A stretch of 64,000 nt of DNA from positions 6,492-70,491 of the forward strand of contig CAYJPA010000014.1 in the NCBI GenBank assembly GCA_964371945.1, read 5' to 3'. The notes beneath the pieces are model-generated. The model had not been told where the DNA came from and made no database searches. It was given only the letters and a program-made list of their open reading frames with translations. The translations under genes were made by a program, and so were the position numbers. Positions 9,157-18,917 of this stretch are shown here, one piece after another (positions within the stretch are counted from its first letter, which is position 1; each line of letters opens with the position of its first letter). Source of the stretch: an uncultured Sphaerobacteraceae bacterium (GTDB lineage Bacteria; Chloroflexota; Chloroflexia; Thermomicrobiales; UBA6265).

Positions 9157-10503
9157 TCACCACCCGGCAAACTGGGCGACAGTCTCGTCGCTCACCTTGC
9201 CCGCCAGTACATCACTGATCGCTTGATCGAGAATCCCGACGCCTTCGTCGATGTCGTCACGAGTGACAATCAACGGCGGCGTGATCTCGAGCGCGTTGCC
9301 CCACATGCCGGCGTAATAGACGATCAATCCGAGCTCGAATGCGCGGTAAACAATCTTGGCCGCCGCGGACGCATTCGGTTCCTTCGATGTGCGATCGGTA
9401 ACCAGTTCAATGCCGGAGATCATGCCGAGTCCGCGGATATCGCCCACAATCTCATACTTCGAGAGCGCCTGCTGGAGGCACTGATTGAGATAGGCTCCGT
9501 TCTCCGCGGAGCGCTCAACCAGTCCTTCGGATTCGATCTCGTCGAGCACGGCCAACCCGGCCGCGCAGCAAGTAGCATTGCCCGAAGCGGTGAAAACGGC
9601 GAGTCCCGAGCCGACATCCATGATCTCTTTGCGAGCGACGATCGCGCTCAACGGCAGCCCACCGCCGAGCGACTTGCCGAGTAGAACCACATCGGCCGCA
9701 ACCTCTCCGTGCTCGTAGCCGAACATCCGCCCAGTGCGCCCGAGTCCGATTTTGATCTCGTCCATCACGAAAAAGATGCCGTGACGATCGCAGAGCAACC
9801 GCAACTTGGGTAGGAAATCGGGCGGCGGTACGACGTCGCCGCCGTCGGCCTGGACGGCCTCGGCGAAGACCGCGGCGATGTCCCGCGGTGGATAGATCGT
9901 TTTGAAGAGATAGTTCTCGAGGAAGTCGAGACATTGATCGGTGACATTGCCGGTTCCGTCACCAAAGGGATTGCGATACGGATTAGGGAAAGGCACCTTG
10001 ATCACATTTGAACCGCCGATGATCTCGTTGAGCGATGGGTGCGCTGACAGCGTCATGGTCGAGTCGTGCGTGCCGTGCCAGCTCCCGACGAACGAAACAA
10101 ATCGCCTGCGGCCGGTCGCCTTGAGGATCAAACGGGACGCGGCCTCTGCAGCGTCGGAGCCGGAGAGTCCGAACCAGACCTTCTTCTCGAAATCGCCAGG
10201 GACGAGCGACACCAGCTTTTCGGCCAGATCGGTGGCCGGCATATTCGCGCCAGAGAGCAGCCCGCCGAAGGTCGTGCGATCAATCTGCCGCTTAATGGCA
10301 TTGCGGACGCGCTCGTTGCTGTACCCCAGTCCCGCCAGCGCCCATCCTGAGCCAAAGTCGAGATACCGGCGGCCATCGACATCGAAGAGCCGCACACCCT
10401 CGCCATGTTCGATCGCGAATGGGAAATAGCGAATCTTGATGGCGTCGGCCACGAAACGAGCATCTCGTTCTAGAACCGATTGCGCGGTCATCGTCGCGAG
10501 CAC
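9157..10503 (-). CDS. Class III PLP aminotransferase (4-aminobutyrate aminotransferase-like)
   Basis: DVDGRRYLDF, SGSDAAE, SWHG, EAVQADGG, DEIKIGLGRTG and GKSLGGGLP; GGAGG upstream. Confidence 0.9.
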   Translation of the reverse strand: MLATMTAQSVLERDARFVADAIKIRYFPFAIEHGEGVRLFDVDGRRYLDFGSGWALAGLGYSNERVRNAIKRQIDRTTFGGLLSGANMPATDLAEKLVSLVPGDFEKKVWFGLSGSDAAEAASRLILKATGRRRFVSFVGSWHGTHDSTMTLSAHPSLNEIIGGSNVIKVPFPNPYRNPFGDGTGNVTDQCLDFLENYLFKTIYPPRDIAAVFAEAVQADGGDVVPPPDFLPKLRLLCDRHGIFFVMDEIKIGLGRTGRMFGYEHGEVAADVVLLGKSLGGGLPLSAIVARKEIMDVGSGLAVFTASGNATCCAAGLAVLDEIESEGLVERSAENGAYLNQCLQQALSKYEIVGDIRGLGMISGIELVTDRTSKEPNASAAAKIVYRAFELGLIVYYAGMWGNALEITPPLIVTRDDIDEGVGILDQAISDVLAGKVSDETVAQFAGW

Positions 10504-10516
10504 GGTCTACCTCCGT

Positions 10517-11644
10517 TCATTCCGTTTGCGGCATCGAGCTGTTCGCGGTTTTCTTGGACCCCACACGGTCGCTGTCATCGATGCGTGCCGGCTTCACCCT
10601 GGGCCAGGCGATCTCTCGTCCGCCGGTGAGCCCGGAGGGGCGCACGATCAGTATCAGAATAATACCGACGGCGATGATGATCTCGGTGAAGCCGACGAGC
10701 TGGAACGGCACGGCCGATTCAACCCACGTTCCCTTCGAGCGCTGGATATTCACCCAGTTCTCGACCTGGCGAAGTCCTTCTTGGGACATCGCGACGGCGA
10801 TCGCCCCGAGTACCGCGCCGCTGACACTGCCCGAGCCGCCAATGATCAACATCGCCACGATCAGGAAGGTCTCCTTGATATAGAAATTGTGCGGTGAGAA
10901 GTTCTGGATGAAATGCGCCCAAAGCGCCCCCGCGACGGCGGTCAAAAAGATGCTGAAGGTCCAGGCACACCATCTCATCAGCGCGGTGTTCACGCCGAGC
11001 GTTTCGGCGGCATCCTCATCCTCGCGGCTCGCCCGGAGCTTCAATCCGAGCGGCGACTCCTTGAATAGATACGCGACAAGCACACCAAGCGACGCCCAGA
11101 TTAGCGCGTCCCACAGATCGGTGTACTTCGGAATGCCGATGACCGTGGTCGCGCCCTTGGTGAGCTGCGTCCATTGCAGCGCAACCCGATTGATCACGAT
11201 CAGAAAGGCGAAGGTCGCGATGGTGAATGATGCCCCGCGCAGCCTGACGAACGCGACGCCGATGATCGCCCCGACCACGGTCGCGATCGCGCCCGCGGCC
11301 AAAATTGACGGTATGAAATCCCAATGCTGTTTGTAGAGCCACCAGTTGCGCGGCATGTCCGGCAGTGCGACTCGCTTTTGCCGCTGTGTCAGCGAGAACC
11401 AAATCGACGAGTAGGCGCCGATCGTCACGAACGCGTACTGTCCAAAACTGCCGAGCCCGGAATTGCCCTGAAACGACTGCAGCGCGACTGCAAGCAGCAG
11501 ATTGATGAACATCACGGTCACAACGCGGTCGAAAACGACATTGCCGCGCAGTTCGCTGATAAGGGCAACCGCAATCATGATTGCGATCAGAAGCACGGGC
11601 GTGGAAATCTGGCGGATGCGCATCACTCCCCGAGCGGCGGTCAT
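10517..11644 (-). CDS. livM: Branched-chain amino acid-type ABC transporter permease
   Basis: Polytopic membrane protein; GLKLRASREDEDAAETLGVN and IIGGSGSVSGAVLG. Confidence 0.85.
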   Translation of the reverse strand: MTAARGVMRIRQISTPVLLIAIMIAVALISELRGNVVFDRVVTVMFINLLLAVALQSFQGNSGLGSFGQYAFVTIGAYSSIWFSLTQRQKRVALPDMPRNWWLYKQHWDFIPSILAAGAIATVVGAIIGVAFVRLRGASFTIATFAFLIVINRVALQWTQLTKGATTVIGIPKYTDLWDALIWASLGVLVAYLFKESPLGLKLRASREDEDAAETLGVNTALMRWCAWTFSIFLTAVAGALWAHFIQNFSPHNFYIKETFLIVAMLIIGGSGSVSGAVLGAIAVAMSQEGLRQVENWVNIQRSKGTWVESAVPFQLVGFTEIIIAVGIILILIVRPSGLTGGREIAWPRVKPARIDDSDRVGSKKTANSSMPQTE

Positions 11645-11646
11645 CG

Positions 11647-12546
11647 CTATCTCGCCTCTCGCGAATAGGCGGGCTTGATCAATCCGTCAGGGCGGAAAAG
11701 GAGCACCACGATCACGATCCCGAAGAGCACAGCGTCGCGATAGTTGTTGACGCTCTGGGGCAGCCAGGTCTGCAGTCCCATCGTCAGGAACCCGAGGACA
11801 TAGCCTCCCAAAACCGCGCCCTTGAGCGACGACATGCCTCCGACGACTGATGCGATAAAGGCGATCAATACGGGCTGCAAGCCAACTGTTGGATAAGTTT
11901 GACCTGTTCGGCCGATCCAGAAGATCGCGACGATTCCGGCCATGAAGCCGCTGACCGCAAACGCGGCGGCAATCACCATATTGGCTTTGACCCCAACCAG
12001 GCGGGTCATCGTGAAATCGTCGGCTGCCGCCCGGAGCGCGAGTCCGATGATCGTCCGGCGCAGGAACATCGTCAGCACAGCCAGCGCCAAAATGCTCACC
12101 GTCAGGGCAATCAAGTCCGCCTGCTTGATCCGCAGATCGCCGATCGTGAAGTTCCTGATGAAGATGTCCGGCAAGTTTGGAGCGCGCGGGCGCGGAGAGA
12201 CCGTCAAGAGCGCGATGTTCTGCAGCAAATTGCTGACCGCGAATGACGTGATCAACATGGTCGTGGGCGAGGTGTTGCGTACGGGCCGAAAGGCAACGCG
12301 CTCCATCAACACTCCGGCGACCAATGCCGCGATGATGCTCAGAACCGCGCATATGATCCACGGCAACGGGGTATCGCCGAAGAGCAGCAGACCGTAGCCC
12401 CCAACCATCACCAGCTCGCCGTAGGCAAAATTCACGAGCCGGAGAATGCCGTAAACGATCACGAGGCCGAGCGCCATCAGCGCATAGAGACCTCCGAGCG
12501 ACAACGACGAGATGCCATATTGGAGCAGCTCATTGACATCCGGCAT
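11647..12546 (-). CDS. livH: Branched-chain amino acid-type ABC transporter permease
   Basis: GGLYALMALGL, LVNFAYGE, GLALRAAADD and FRPDGL. Confidence 0.88.
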   Translation of the reverse strand: MPDVNELLQYGISSLSLGGLYALMALGLVIVYGILRLVNFAYGELVMVGGYGLLLFGDTPLPWIICAVLSIIAALVAGVLMERVAFRPVRNTSPTTMLITSFAVSNLLQNIALLTVSPRPRAPNLPDIFIRNFTIGDLRIKQADLIALTVSILALAVLTMFLRRTIIGLALRAAADDFTMTRLVGVKANMVIAAAFAVSGFMAGIVAIFWIGRTGQTYPTVGLQPVLIAFIASVVGGMSSLKGAVLGGYVLGFLTMGLQTWLPQSVNNYRDAVLFGIVIVVLLFRPDGLIKPAYSREAR

Positions 12547-12547
12547 C

Positions 12548-13297
12548 TCAAACGGCCCCCGCCGGAACATCTGCTGCCTTCCGTCCACCGGATCCGAAAT
12601 AGGCCCGCTCGAGATCGGCATGCTGCCGGATTTCCGACGGCGCTCCCGCGAACTCGACTCTGCCGGTGCTGAGCAGATAGGCTCGATCGACGATCTCTAG
12701 CGTCATGCGGACGTTCTGCTCGACCAGCAAGATCGTCATCCCGAGATCACGCAACTGAACAATCAGTTTGAAGATTTCGACCACCAGTTTTGGGGCGAGC
12801 CCGAGCGAGGGTTCATCCATCAGCAGCAACCGAGGGCGGGACATGAGAGCACGCGCGACCGCGAGCATTTGCTGCTGCCCGCCGGAGAGCTTGCCAGCCG
12901 GTTGCTGTCGTCGTTCCTCAAGAATCGGAAAGAAGGCACACCAGCGAACGAGATCTTGATCGATCTGATCCCGGTCCCGAACTGAAGCAGCACCTAGCCG
13001 CAGATTCTCTTCCACGGTCAGTGATGGGAAGATCCGGCGACCCTCCATCACCGGCGCGACGCCTCGGCGCAAGATCGTTTCCGATGGTTGCCCGGCAAGC
13101 GATTGCCCGTCGTACACGATCGTCCCCGAAAGCGAGCGGACAACGCCCATGATGCTCAGCATCGTCGTGCTCTTGCCCGCGCCGTTCACGCCGATTAGAC
13201 CGACGATCTCGCCCTGGTTCACCTCGAGCGAAATGCCGCGGAGCGCTTTGATCGCGCCGTAGCTCACATGCAGATCGCTAACCGAGAGCAGGCTCAT
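12548..13297 (-). CDS. livF: Branched-chain amino acid-type ABC transporter ATPase
   Basis: GVNGAGKST, LSGGQQQML, DEPSLGLAP and LLVEQN. Confidence 0.92.
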   Translation of the reverse strand: MSLLSVSDLHVSYGAIKALRGISLEVNQGEIVGLIGVNGAGKSTTMLSIMGVVRSLSGTIVYDGQSLAGQPSETILRRGVAPVMEGRRIFPSLTVEENLRLGAASVRDRDQIDQDLVRWCAFFPILEERRQQPAGKLSGGQQQMLAVARALMSRPRLLLMDEPSLGLAPKLVVEIFKLIVQLRDLGMTILLVEQNVRMTLEIVDRAYLLSTGRVEFAGAPSEIRQHADLERAYFGSGGRKAADVPAGAV

Positions 13298-14048
13298 GGC
13301 CGACCTCCGCTCCCAGATAGGCTTCGATCACGGCCGGATCCCTTCTGACCTCTTCGGGCCTACCTTCGGCGATCGTGCGGCCGTAGTTCAGAACATGAAT
13401 CCGATCGCACAGACTCATAATCAACCGCATGTCATGGTCGACGATCAAAATGCCGCACCCAACTTCGCTCCGAATTCGCTCCATGGTCGGCAGAAGCACC
13501 TCGACCTCAGCGTCATTCAATCCCGCTCCTGGTTCATCCAACAGCAGAAAGAATGGGTTCGTGGCCAGCGCCCTGGCAATCTCGACCCTCCGCTCTTCGC
13601 CCTGTGGAAGGATTTTTGCAGGCACATCCGCGAGATGAGCGATGCCCATCTGGTCAATCGCCGCTTGCACGCGCCGATTCGCCTCACGCCGCGAAACGCC
13701 TTTGGCGCTGATCGCCGCGACTTCGATGTTCTCTCGTACTGAAAAGTCTTTGAAGAGTTTGACCACCTGGAACGTACGTGCCAACCCAGCTCGCGCACGG
13801 CGATGAGCTGTCCAGTTGGAGACATCCGTATCGTCGACGATCACCCGTCCGCTCGTGATCTTGAGCAGACCGGTCATGAGGTTGATGGTCGTCGTTTTGC
13901 CTGATCCGTTAGGGCCAATAAGCCCGAGGATCTCGCCCTGATCGAGCGCAAAAGAAATACCGTCGACAGCCCTCAGCCCGACGAAGTCTTTCGTCAGAGC
14001 GTCAGCGACCAACCGGTGCTCGGTTGCTGTCGGGACCGCGACCGTCAT
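13278..14048 (-). CDS. livG: Branched-chain amino acid-type ABC transporter ATPase
   Basis: GPNGSGKTT, ARTFQ, LDEPGAGL, HDM and VIEAYLG. Confidence 0.92.
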   Translation of the reverse strand: MTVAVPTATEHRLVADALTKDFVGLRAVDGISFALDQGEILGLIGPNGSGKTTTINLMTGLLKITSGRVIVDDTDVSNWTAHRRARAGLARTFQVVKLFKDFSVRENIEVAAISAKGVSRREANRRVQAAIDQMGIAHLADVPAKILPQGEERRVEIARALATNPFFLLLDEPGAGLNDAEVEVLLPTMERIRSEVGCGILIVDHDMRLIMSLCDRIHVLNYGRTIAEGRPEEVRRDPAVIEAYLGAEVGHEPALG

Positions 14049-14097
14049 TCAGCAAGGTACCTTGGGGGAAGTGAAAATGCCTAAGACAAACTTGAAT

Positions 14098-14123
14098 GCG
14101 GCCGGCACATCCGTGCCGGCCGC
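14098..14123 (-). terminator. Intercistronic stem-loop after the substrate-binding gene (partial terminator or mRNA stabiliser)
   Basis: GCGGCCGGCAC-ATCC-GTGCCGGCCGC, perfect 11-bp stem between livK and livG. Confidence 0.6.
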
Positions 14124-14139
14124 GAAACCTGACGACCTA

Positions 14140-15336
14140 TTACTCGGGTGTTACCGCGGGGATCCACTCCGGCTTCAATCGTTGCACATAGGTTGGCTTG
14201 CCCTCTTTCACCTCGATAATGAAGGCTTCTTTGTCAGGGAAGTGACCGCCGGCAGCGTCGTTCCAGGTCAAGTCGCCGCTCAGGAGATTGAAGGTTGTGC
14301 CTTCAAGCGCTTTCGCGAGCGCGGCCCCTTCCGTCGTGCCCGCCTTGGTTATGCCCTGGGCAAGGATTTGAATCGTGTCCCAACCCATCGCGCAGAACGC
14401 CACTTCTGGCGCCTTGCTGTATTCGGCCGTGAAATCGGTGATGAAGGTTTCCATCGCCGGTCCAGCCTCTGCGCCAATGAAACTGTGGGTCGAGATGTAG
14501 ATGTCCTTGCCGAGCTCTGTGCCGAGCGCCTTGTAGAAATCGGCGGTGTCCATCGAGTCGCCTCCCATGATCGGGAGCGTGACTCCAGCTGAGCGGACAT
14601 CCCGAATGATGGCCGAGTAATCGGGCATCTGCGACGAGATGAATACCACGGCGGGTTGCTCGGTTAGGTTGAGCAGGTTCTGCGCTTGCGCGCTCGCCTG
14701 CATGTCGTTGATCTGGTAGGTGTCTTCACTGACAATCGTGCCGCCGAGGTGGGTGAAGGTTTCAACGAAGTACTCACCCAACGATTTGGTGTACTCCGTG
14801 CCCTGGTCGACGATCGTCGCCGCGGTCGTCCAGCCCTTGACCGTGTAGGCGTACTGCGCGGCAGCCGCACCCATGGTTTGATTCCACATCGACACGGTGA
14901 ACTGCTTATCGCCTAAGGCTTCCGAACCGTAAAGGGGCGATGATGCGCAGAACGATAGGCCGACCAGGCCGGCTTCCTGCGCTGCGATGCCGGCCGGCGC
15001 GCCGTAGTCATAGTCGCAAGGAGTGACCATCACTTCAGCTCCCTGACTGATGACGTCTCTGGCAGCATTGCCCAATGTGGCTGGATCGGTTCTGCCGTCG
15101 AGCTCGATGAGCTGAAGTTGCCGGCCGAGAACGCCGCCGGCCTCATTGATTTTCTTAACCGCCAGTTTGGCGCCTTCGAGCGGTGGAACATCGTAGGCCG
15201 CCATCCAACCGGTGAGGTTCACAGCCGCCCCGATAATGATCGGGTCTTCCTGGGCCTTCGCGGTGCCGGACAATCCGGCAAACGAGACCGCCAACATGAG
15301 CGAAGCCAGAGCGATTCTGATGAGTTTGAAACGCAT
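14140..15336 (-). CDS. livK: ABC transporter substrate-binding protein (LivK/Peripla_BP_6 type)
   Basis: Signal peptide MRFKLIRIALASLMLAVS..AKA; IIIGAAVNLTG and INEAGGVLGRQLQL; GGAGGAGG SD before ATG at 15336. Confidence 0.88.
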   Translation of the reverse strand: MRFKLIRIALASLMLAVSFAGLSGTAKAQEDPIIIGAAVNLTGWMAAYDVPPLEGAKLAVKKINEAGGVLGRQLQLIELDGRTDPATLGNAARDVISQGAEVMVTPCDYDYGAPAGIAAQEAGLVGLSFCASSPLYGSEALGDKQFTVSMWNQTMGAAAAQYAYTVKGWTTAATIVDQGTEYTKSLGEYFVETFTHLGGTIVSEDTYQINDMQASAQAQNLLNLTEQPAVVFISSQMPDYSAIIRDVRSAGVTLPIMGGDSMDTADFYKALGTELGKDIYISTHSFIGAEAGPAMETFITDFTAEYSKAPEVAFCAMGWDTIQILAQGITKAGTTEGAALAKALEGTTFNLLSGDLTWNDAAGGHFPDKEAFIIEVKEGKPTYVQRLKPEWIPAVTPE

Positions 15337-15576
15337 GGTTCCTCCTCCTGATTGAACCGAAACTGCCGATCCGCTAACGCGTCCGTGAAAGAACTTCACG
15401 AACGTGACTTCAATCAGGAATTCTCTCCCGCGCCGAATACGCATCCGCGTTCGCTGGTCGCCGTCGAAAAATCCGTTCGAAGTCACCTTGTCCTAGGTCC
15501 CGACTAGTATAGTTGAGGTTCCTGGAGTTCGCGCGTGCAATCTGCACAAACTCCGTTCGATCAAGCCGAAGTTCGG

Positions 15577-16209
15577 ATGGGAGCTTTTTTGAAGTCGAGG
15601 TCACTGCGAGGACACGGACACTTGTGGCTCGTTCCAATCCTGCTCGGTCCTTCTGCTCTATTCGCGGTGTCTGTTCCGAATGGACTCGCATCCGACGCCG
15701 AGATAGTGCCGCCTGAGCAATGCGTCGTGCAGCCGCTGAGTGAATCCGATCTGCTTAGGTTCGCGGCATCTCCTGCCGCAAACACGACGGTGCCGAACGT
15801 GGGGCCTGACGGGGAGGAGGCCGACCAAGCGACCGTGGAGGCCATCTCCGCAACGATCCGGCGGAGCATCGCATGCGCCAACGCCAACGATCCGATGCGC
15901 GCATTCGCCCTTTTCACGCCGAGATACCTTCACGAACGCTTCAGCGGCGAGGGTCAGGATGATCTCGGACACTTGATTGCCGCACTGAGCCGGGACCCCG
16001 CCGTCGCGACATCGGAGGACCAACTCGCCCTCGTGTCAGTTGCGGACGCACGCGTATTGCCCGACACCCGGGTCGCCGCAGTTGTCACAACTGGGAACAC
16101 AGACATCTTGTTCGTCGACGAGGTCATCCTCGTTTGGCAGGACGATCGATGGTTGATCGATCAGGTCGTGCTGGGAAGCGCGACCGGCATTGGTACCCCC
16201 GTTCCATAG
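15577..16209 (+). CDS. Hypothetical exported protein (possible NTF2-like fold)
   Basis: N-terminal hydrophobic stretch, two Cys, DRWLIDQV near the end, C-terminal GTPVP; start uncertain. Confidence 0.65.
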   Translation: MGAFLKSRSLRGHGHLWLVPILLGPSALFAVSVPNGLASDAEIVPPEQCVVQPLSESDLLRFAASPAANTTVPNVGPDGEEADQATVEAISATIRRSIACANANDPMRAFALFTPRYLHERFSGEGQDDLGHLIAALSRDPAVATSEDQLALVSVADARVLPDTRVAAVVTTGNTDILFVDEVILVWQDDRWLIDQVVLGSATGIGTPVP

Positions 16210-16300
16210 CGCTCTATGCAGCCGCGACAGAAGCAATTACGATATCGTTTGACCACGCCGAAGCGTAGGGTCCGTCGAAAAACAGAGGGAGCACACACCA

Positions 16301-18712
16301 ATGGCCAGCAAGGCGCCACGCGCCTCCGAGGAGCCTGCCATTAGCCAGGAGGAGCTTAGGATTCTCCTGGAGATCGAACAACGGGTTCTTTGGCTTTCCA
16401 CGCTCATGATCCATCACGCGAACAACGTTCGCCCAAATCCTGAAAAGACCAAGGTGGGCGGTCATCAAGCATCCTCGGCGTCCGTCGCGTCGATCATCAC
16501 GGCGCTTTACTTTCATTTTCTTCGCGCCGGGGATCGCGTTTCGATCAAGCCGCACGCCTCACCGGTCTATCACGCCGCACAGTTCCTACTCGGCCGGCTC
16601 GACGGAAAATACCTGACGACGCTACGCGAGTTTGGCGGTCTCCAGGCCTATCCGAGTCGCACCAAGGATCCTGACCCGGTCGATTTTTCAACCGGGTCGG
16701 TCGGACTGGGCGCTGTCGCGCCCGTGTTCGCGGCGCTTGCGCACACGTACAACGAGCTGCACTTCGGGAAAGCAACTTCAAATCGCTTCATCTCTCTGAT
16801 CGGTGACGCCGAGCTCGACGAGGGCAATGTCTGGGAAACGGTCGCCGAGGAAGCGATCCGCGGCCTCAACAATGTCATCTGGATCATCGACCTCAACCGG
16901 CAGAGCCTTGACCGGGTCATCCCGGGCGTCAGGGCCGGTCGATTGAAGGCGCTCTTCGCCGGCGCGGGTTGGCAGGTTTTCGAGGCCAAGTATGGAACGA
17001 TGCTCGAAACCGCGATGTCGGGCACAAACGGTCTTGCGCTACGCCAGCGCATCGACGATATGAACAACGAGGAATATCAAGTCCTCATCCGGATCAAGGA
17101 CGGCGCCGAGCTCCGCCGCCGGCTGACAGACGTGGCCGATCCGGCATTTCGCCGCGCAATCCACGCGTCGGTGGCCGACGTGCCCGACGAGATCCTCAAC
17201 GATTTGATTGCGAATCTTGGCGGTCACGATCTTCCTTGCCTGTTGGACGTGCTTAGCAAGGCGGACGCCGTGCAGGACGCGCCATGCGTCATCTTTGCCT
17301 ACACGGTCAAGGGCCATGGTCTTCCGATGGCCGGCGATCCGCTGAATCACTCTCAACTGCTCACTCAGAGCCAGGTGGATGCGTTGCGCGAGGCGTGGGG
17401 CATCCCCGAGGCCGAGACGTGGTCGGGTTTCGATCCCGCTTCCGCCGCGGGTCGTTGGTGTGCCGATTCGGCCCAGCGGTTGACCGATGATATCCAGCCG
17501 GGCGAGCTTCTAGCCGCCAGTTCGGTGCCGAGCGATATCGGGATCAAACAGCCGCCCGTGACGTCTACCCAGGAAGCGCTGGGACGTACGCTCGGTCGTC
17601 TGGCGGATCTGCCCAACGTGCGAGATCGACTCGTGACAATGTCACCGGACGTCGCGACATCGACCCATCTATCCGGATGGATCAACAAGGTCGGGGTCTT
17701 CGCTCAGGAGACCGCGCATGATTTCGAAGACAGCGCCGCTCGGATGCTGAGATGGAATCCGGCCCCGGCCGGGCACCACATCGAACTTGGTATTTCAGAG
17801 ATGAACCTCTTCATGGCGCTCGGCCAATTCGGGCTGTCGTACGAGCTGACCGGCCAGCATCTAATTCCCATCGGAACCGTGTACGACCCGTTTGTTTGTC
17901 GCGGTCTCGATGCGTTGATCTACAGCCTGTATGTCGGGTCGAGGATGATCTTCGCCGGCACGCCGGCCGGCGTTTCGCTCAGTCCCGAAGGCGGGGCCCA
18001 TCAAAGCACGGTGACCCCGTCGCTTGGCATCGAGCTTCCGGGCGTGGTCTTCTATGAGCCGGCGTTTGGCCGAGAGACCGAGTGGGTGCTGCTCGACGCG
18101 ATTCAACGTTGCTGCGATCGCGAGCACGGTGTTTCGACCTACCTCCGCCTATCCACAAAGCCAGTGGACCAGACCCTGATCGATGAGCCACTGGAACGAT
18201 TCGGGGTCGATGGATTGCGGAGCCAGGTGCTGGCCGGTGGGTATCGGATCGTCGACCGGAAGCTCTCGGCGCCCGAACTGTCGACACGGGATGTCGTTCA
18301 GATCGCAGCCGGCGGGATCATGGTGGCAGAGGCAATCGCCGCGGCACAGCGGCTGCACGAGGAAGGCATCGCGGCGAATGTCATCAACGTGACCAGCTCG
18401 AACCGGCTCTACGATGCGCTACGGACTGCCAGGCGAAGACAGTTGAAAGATGCGGCGGCGAACCTCGATCTCGGTCATCTCGAAATGTTGATTCCGTCCG
18501 AGGAGCGCCGTGCTCCAATGGTGACGATTCAGGATGGCGCGTCGCATTCGCTGGCATTCCTGGGGTCGGCGTGGGGCGTTCCGGTGGTGCCGCTTGGCGT
18601 CGATGAATTTGGACAGTCCGGCTCGCGCCAGGATCTTTACCACACGACCGGCATCGATACCGATCAGATCGTCAATGCGGCAATGCTCGCACTGGAACTG
18701 GCTCAGAATTAA
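16301..18712 (+). CDS. TPP-dependent AceE/transketolase-like enzyme
   Basis: KVGGHQASSAS, STGSVGLG, GDAELDEG TPP motif, ELGISE and EGGAHQS. Confidence 0.88.
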   Translation: MASKAPRASEEPAISQEELRILLEIEQRVLWLSTLMIHHANNVRPNPEKTKVGGHQASSASVASIITALYFHFLRAGDRVSIKPHASPVYHAAQFLLGRLDGKYLTTLREFGGLQAYPSRTKDPDPVDFSTGSVGLGAVAPVFAALAHTYNELHFGKATSNRFISLIGDAELDEGNVWETVAEEAIRGLNNVIWIIDLNRQSLDRVIPGVRAGRLKALFAGAGWQVFEAKYGTMLETAMSGTNGLALRQRIDDMNNEEYQVLIRIKDGAELRRRLTDVADPAFRRAIHASVADVPDEILNDLIANLGGHDLPCLLDVLSKADAVQDAPCVIFAYTVKGHGLPMAGDPLNHSQLLTQSQVDALREAWGIPEAETWSGFDPASAAGRWCADSAQRLTDDIQPGELLAASSVPSDIGIKQPPVTSTQEALGRTLGRLADLPNVRDRLVTMSPDVATSTHLSGWINKVGVFAQETAHDFEDSAARMLRWNPAPAGHHIELGISEMNLFMALGQFGLSYELTGQHLIPIGTVYDPFVCRGLDALIYSLYVGSRMIFAGTPAGVSLSPEGGAHQSTVTPSLGIELPGVVFYEPAFGRETEWVLLDAIQRCCDREHGVSTYLRLSTKPVDQTLIDEPLERFGVDGLRSQVLAGGYRIVDRKLSAPELSTRDVVQIAAGGIMVAEAIAAAQRLHEEGIAANVINVTSSNRLYDALRTARRRQLKDAAANLDLGHLEMLIPSEERRAPMVTIQDGASHSLAFLGSAWGVPVVPLGVDEFGQSGSRQDLYHTTGIDTDQIVNAAMLALELAQN

Positions 18713-18758
18713 GATCGCCACGACATCGCTTGTGCCGCGTCGTGACAGTTTGGATTAC

Positions 18759-18917
18759 CTAATCCGAGTGCCGCACCGGCGGACGGACGTGTGGCGGCGG
18801 AAAGGGCTTCACTTGCCCGTGAGGCTGCACGCCTCGGCTGCCGGTGCCTGGAACCACTGGTGGAATCCTGGTCGCCTTGTCTTGAGCGATCCTATTTTGG
18901 TTCGACGTAGGTGTCAT
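18759..18917 (-). CDS. Putative 52-aa Pro-rich peptide overlapping the end of the DUF6338-like gene
   Basis: ATG at 18917 after AGGGA; MTPTSNQNRIAQDKATRIPPVVPGTGSRGVQPHGQVKPFPPPHVRPPVRHSD. Confidence 0.4.
   Translation of the reverse strand: MTPTSNQNRIAQDKATRIPPVVPGTGSRGVQPHGQVKPFPPPHVRPPVRHSD

Noticed and set aside
3187-14592. Many long plus-strand ORFs antisense to the fol/liv operon (e.g. 3187-3699, 4442-5209, 6665-7330)
   Set aside because: Shadow ORFs expected from GC-rich codon bias; no motifs, and they overlap clearly identified genes.
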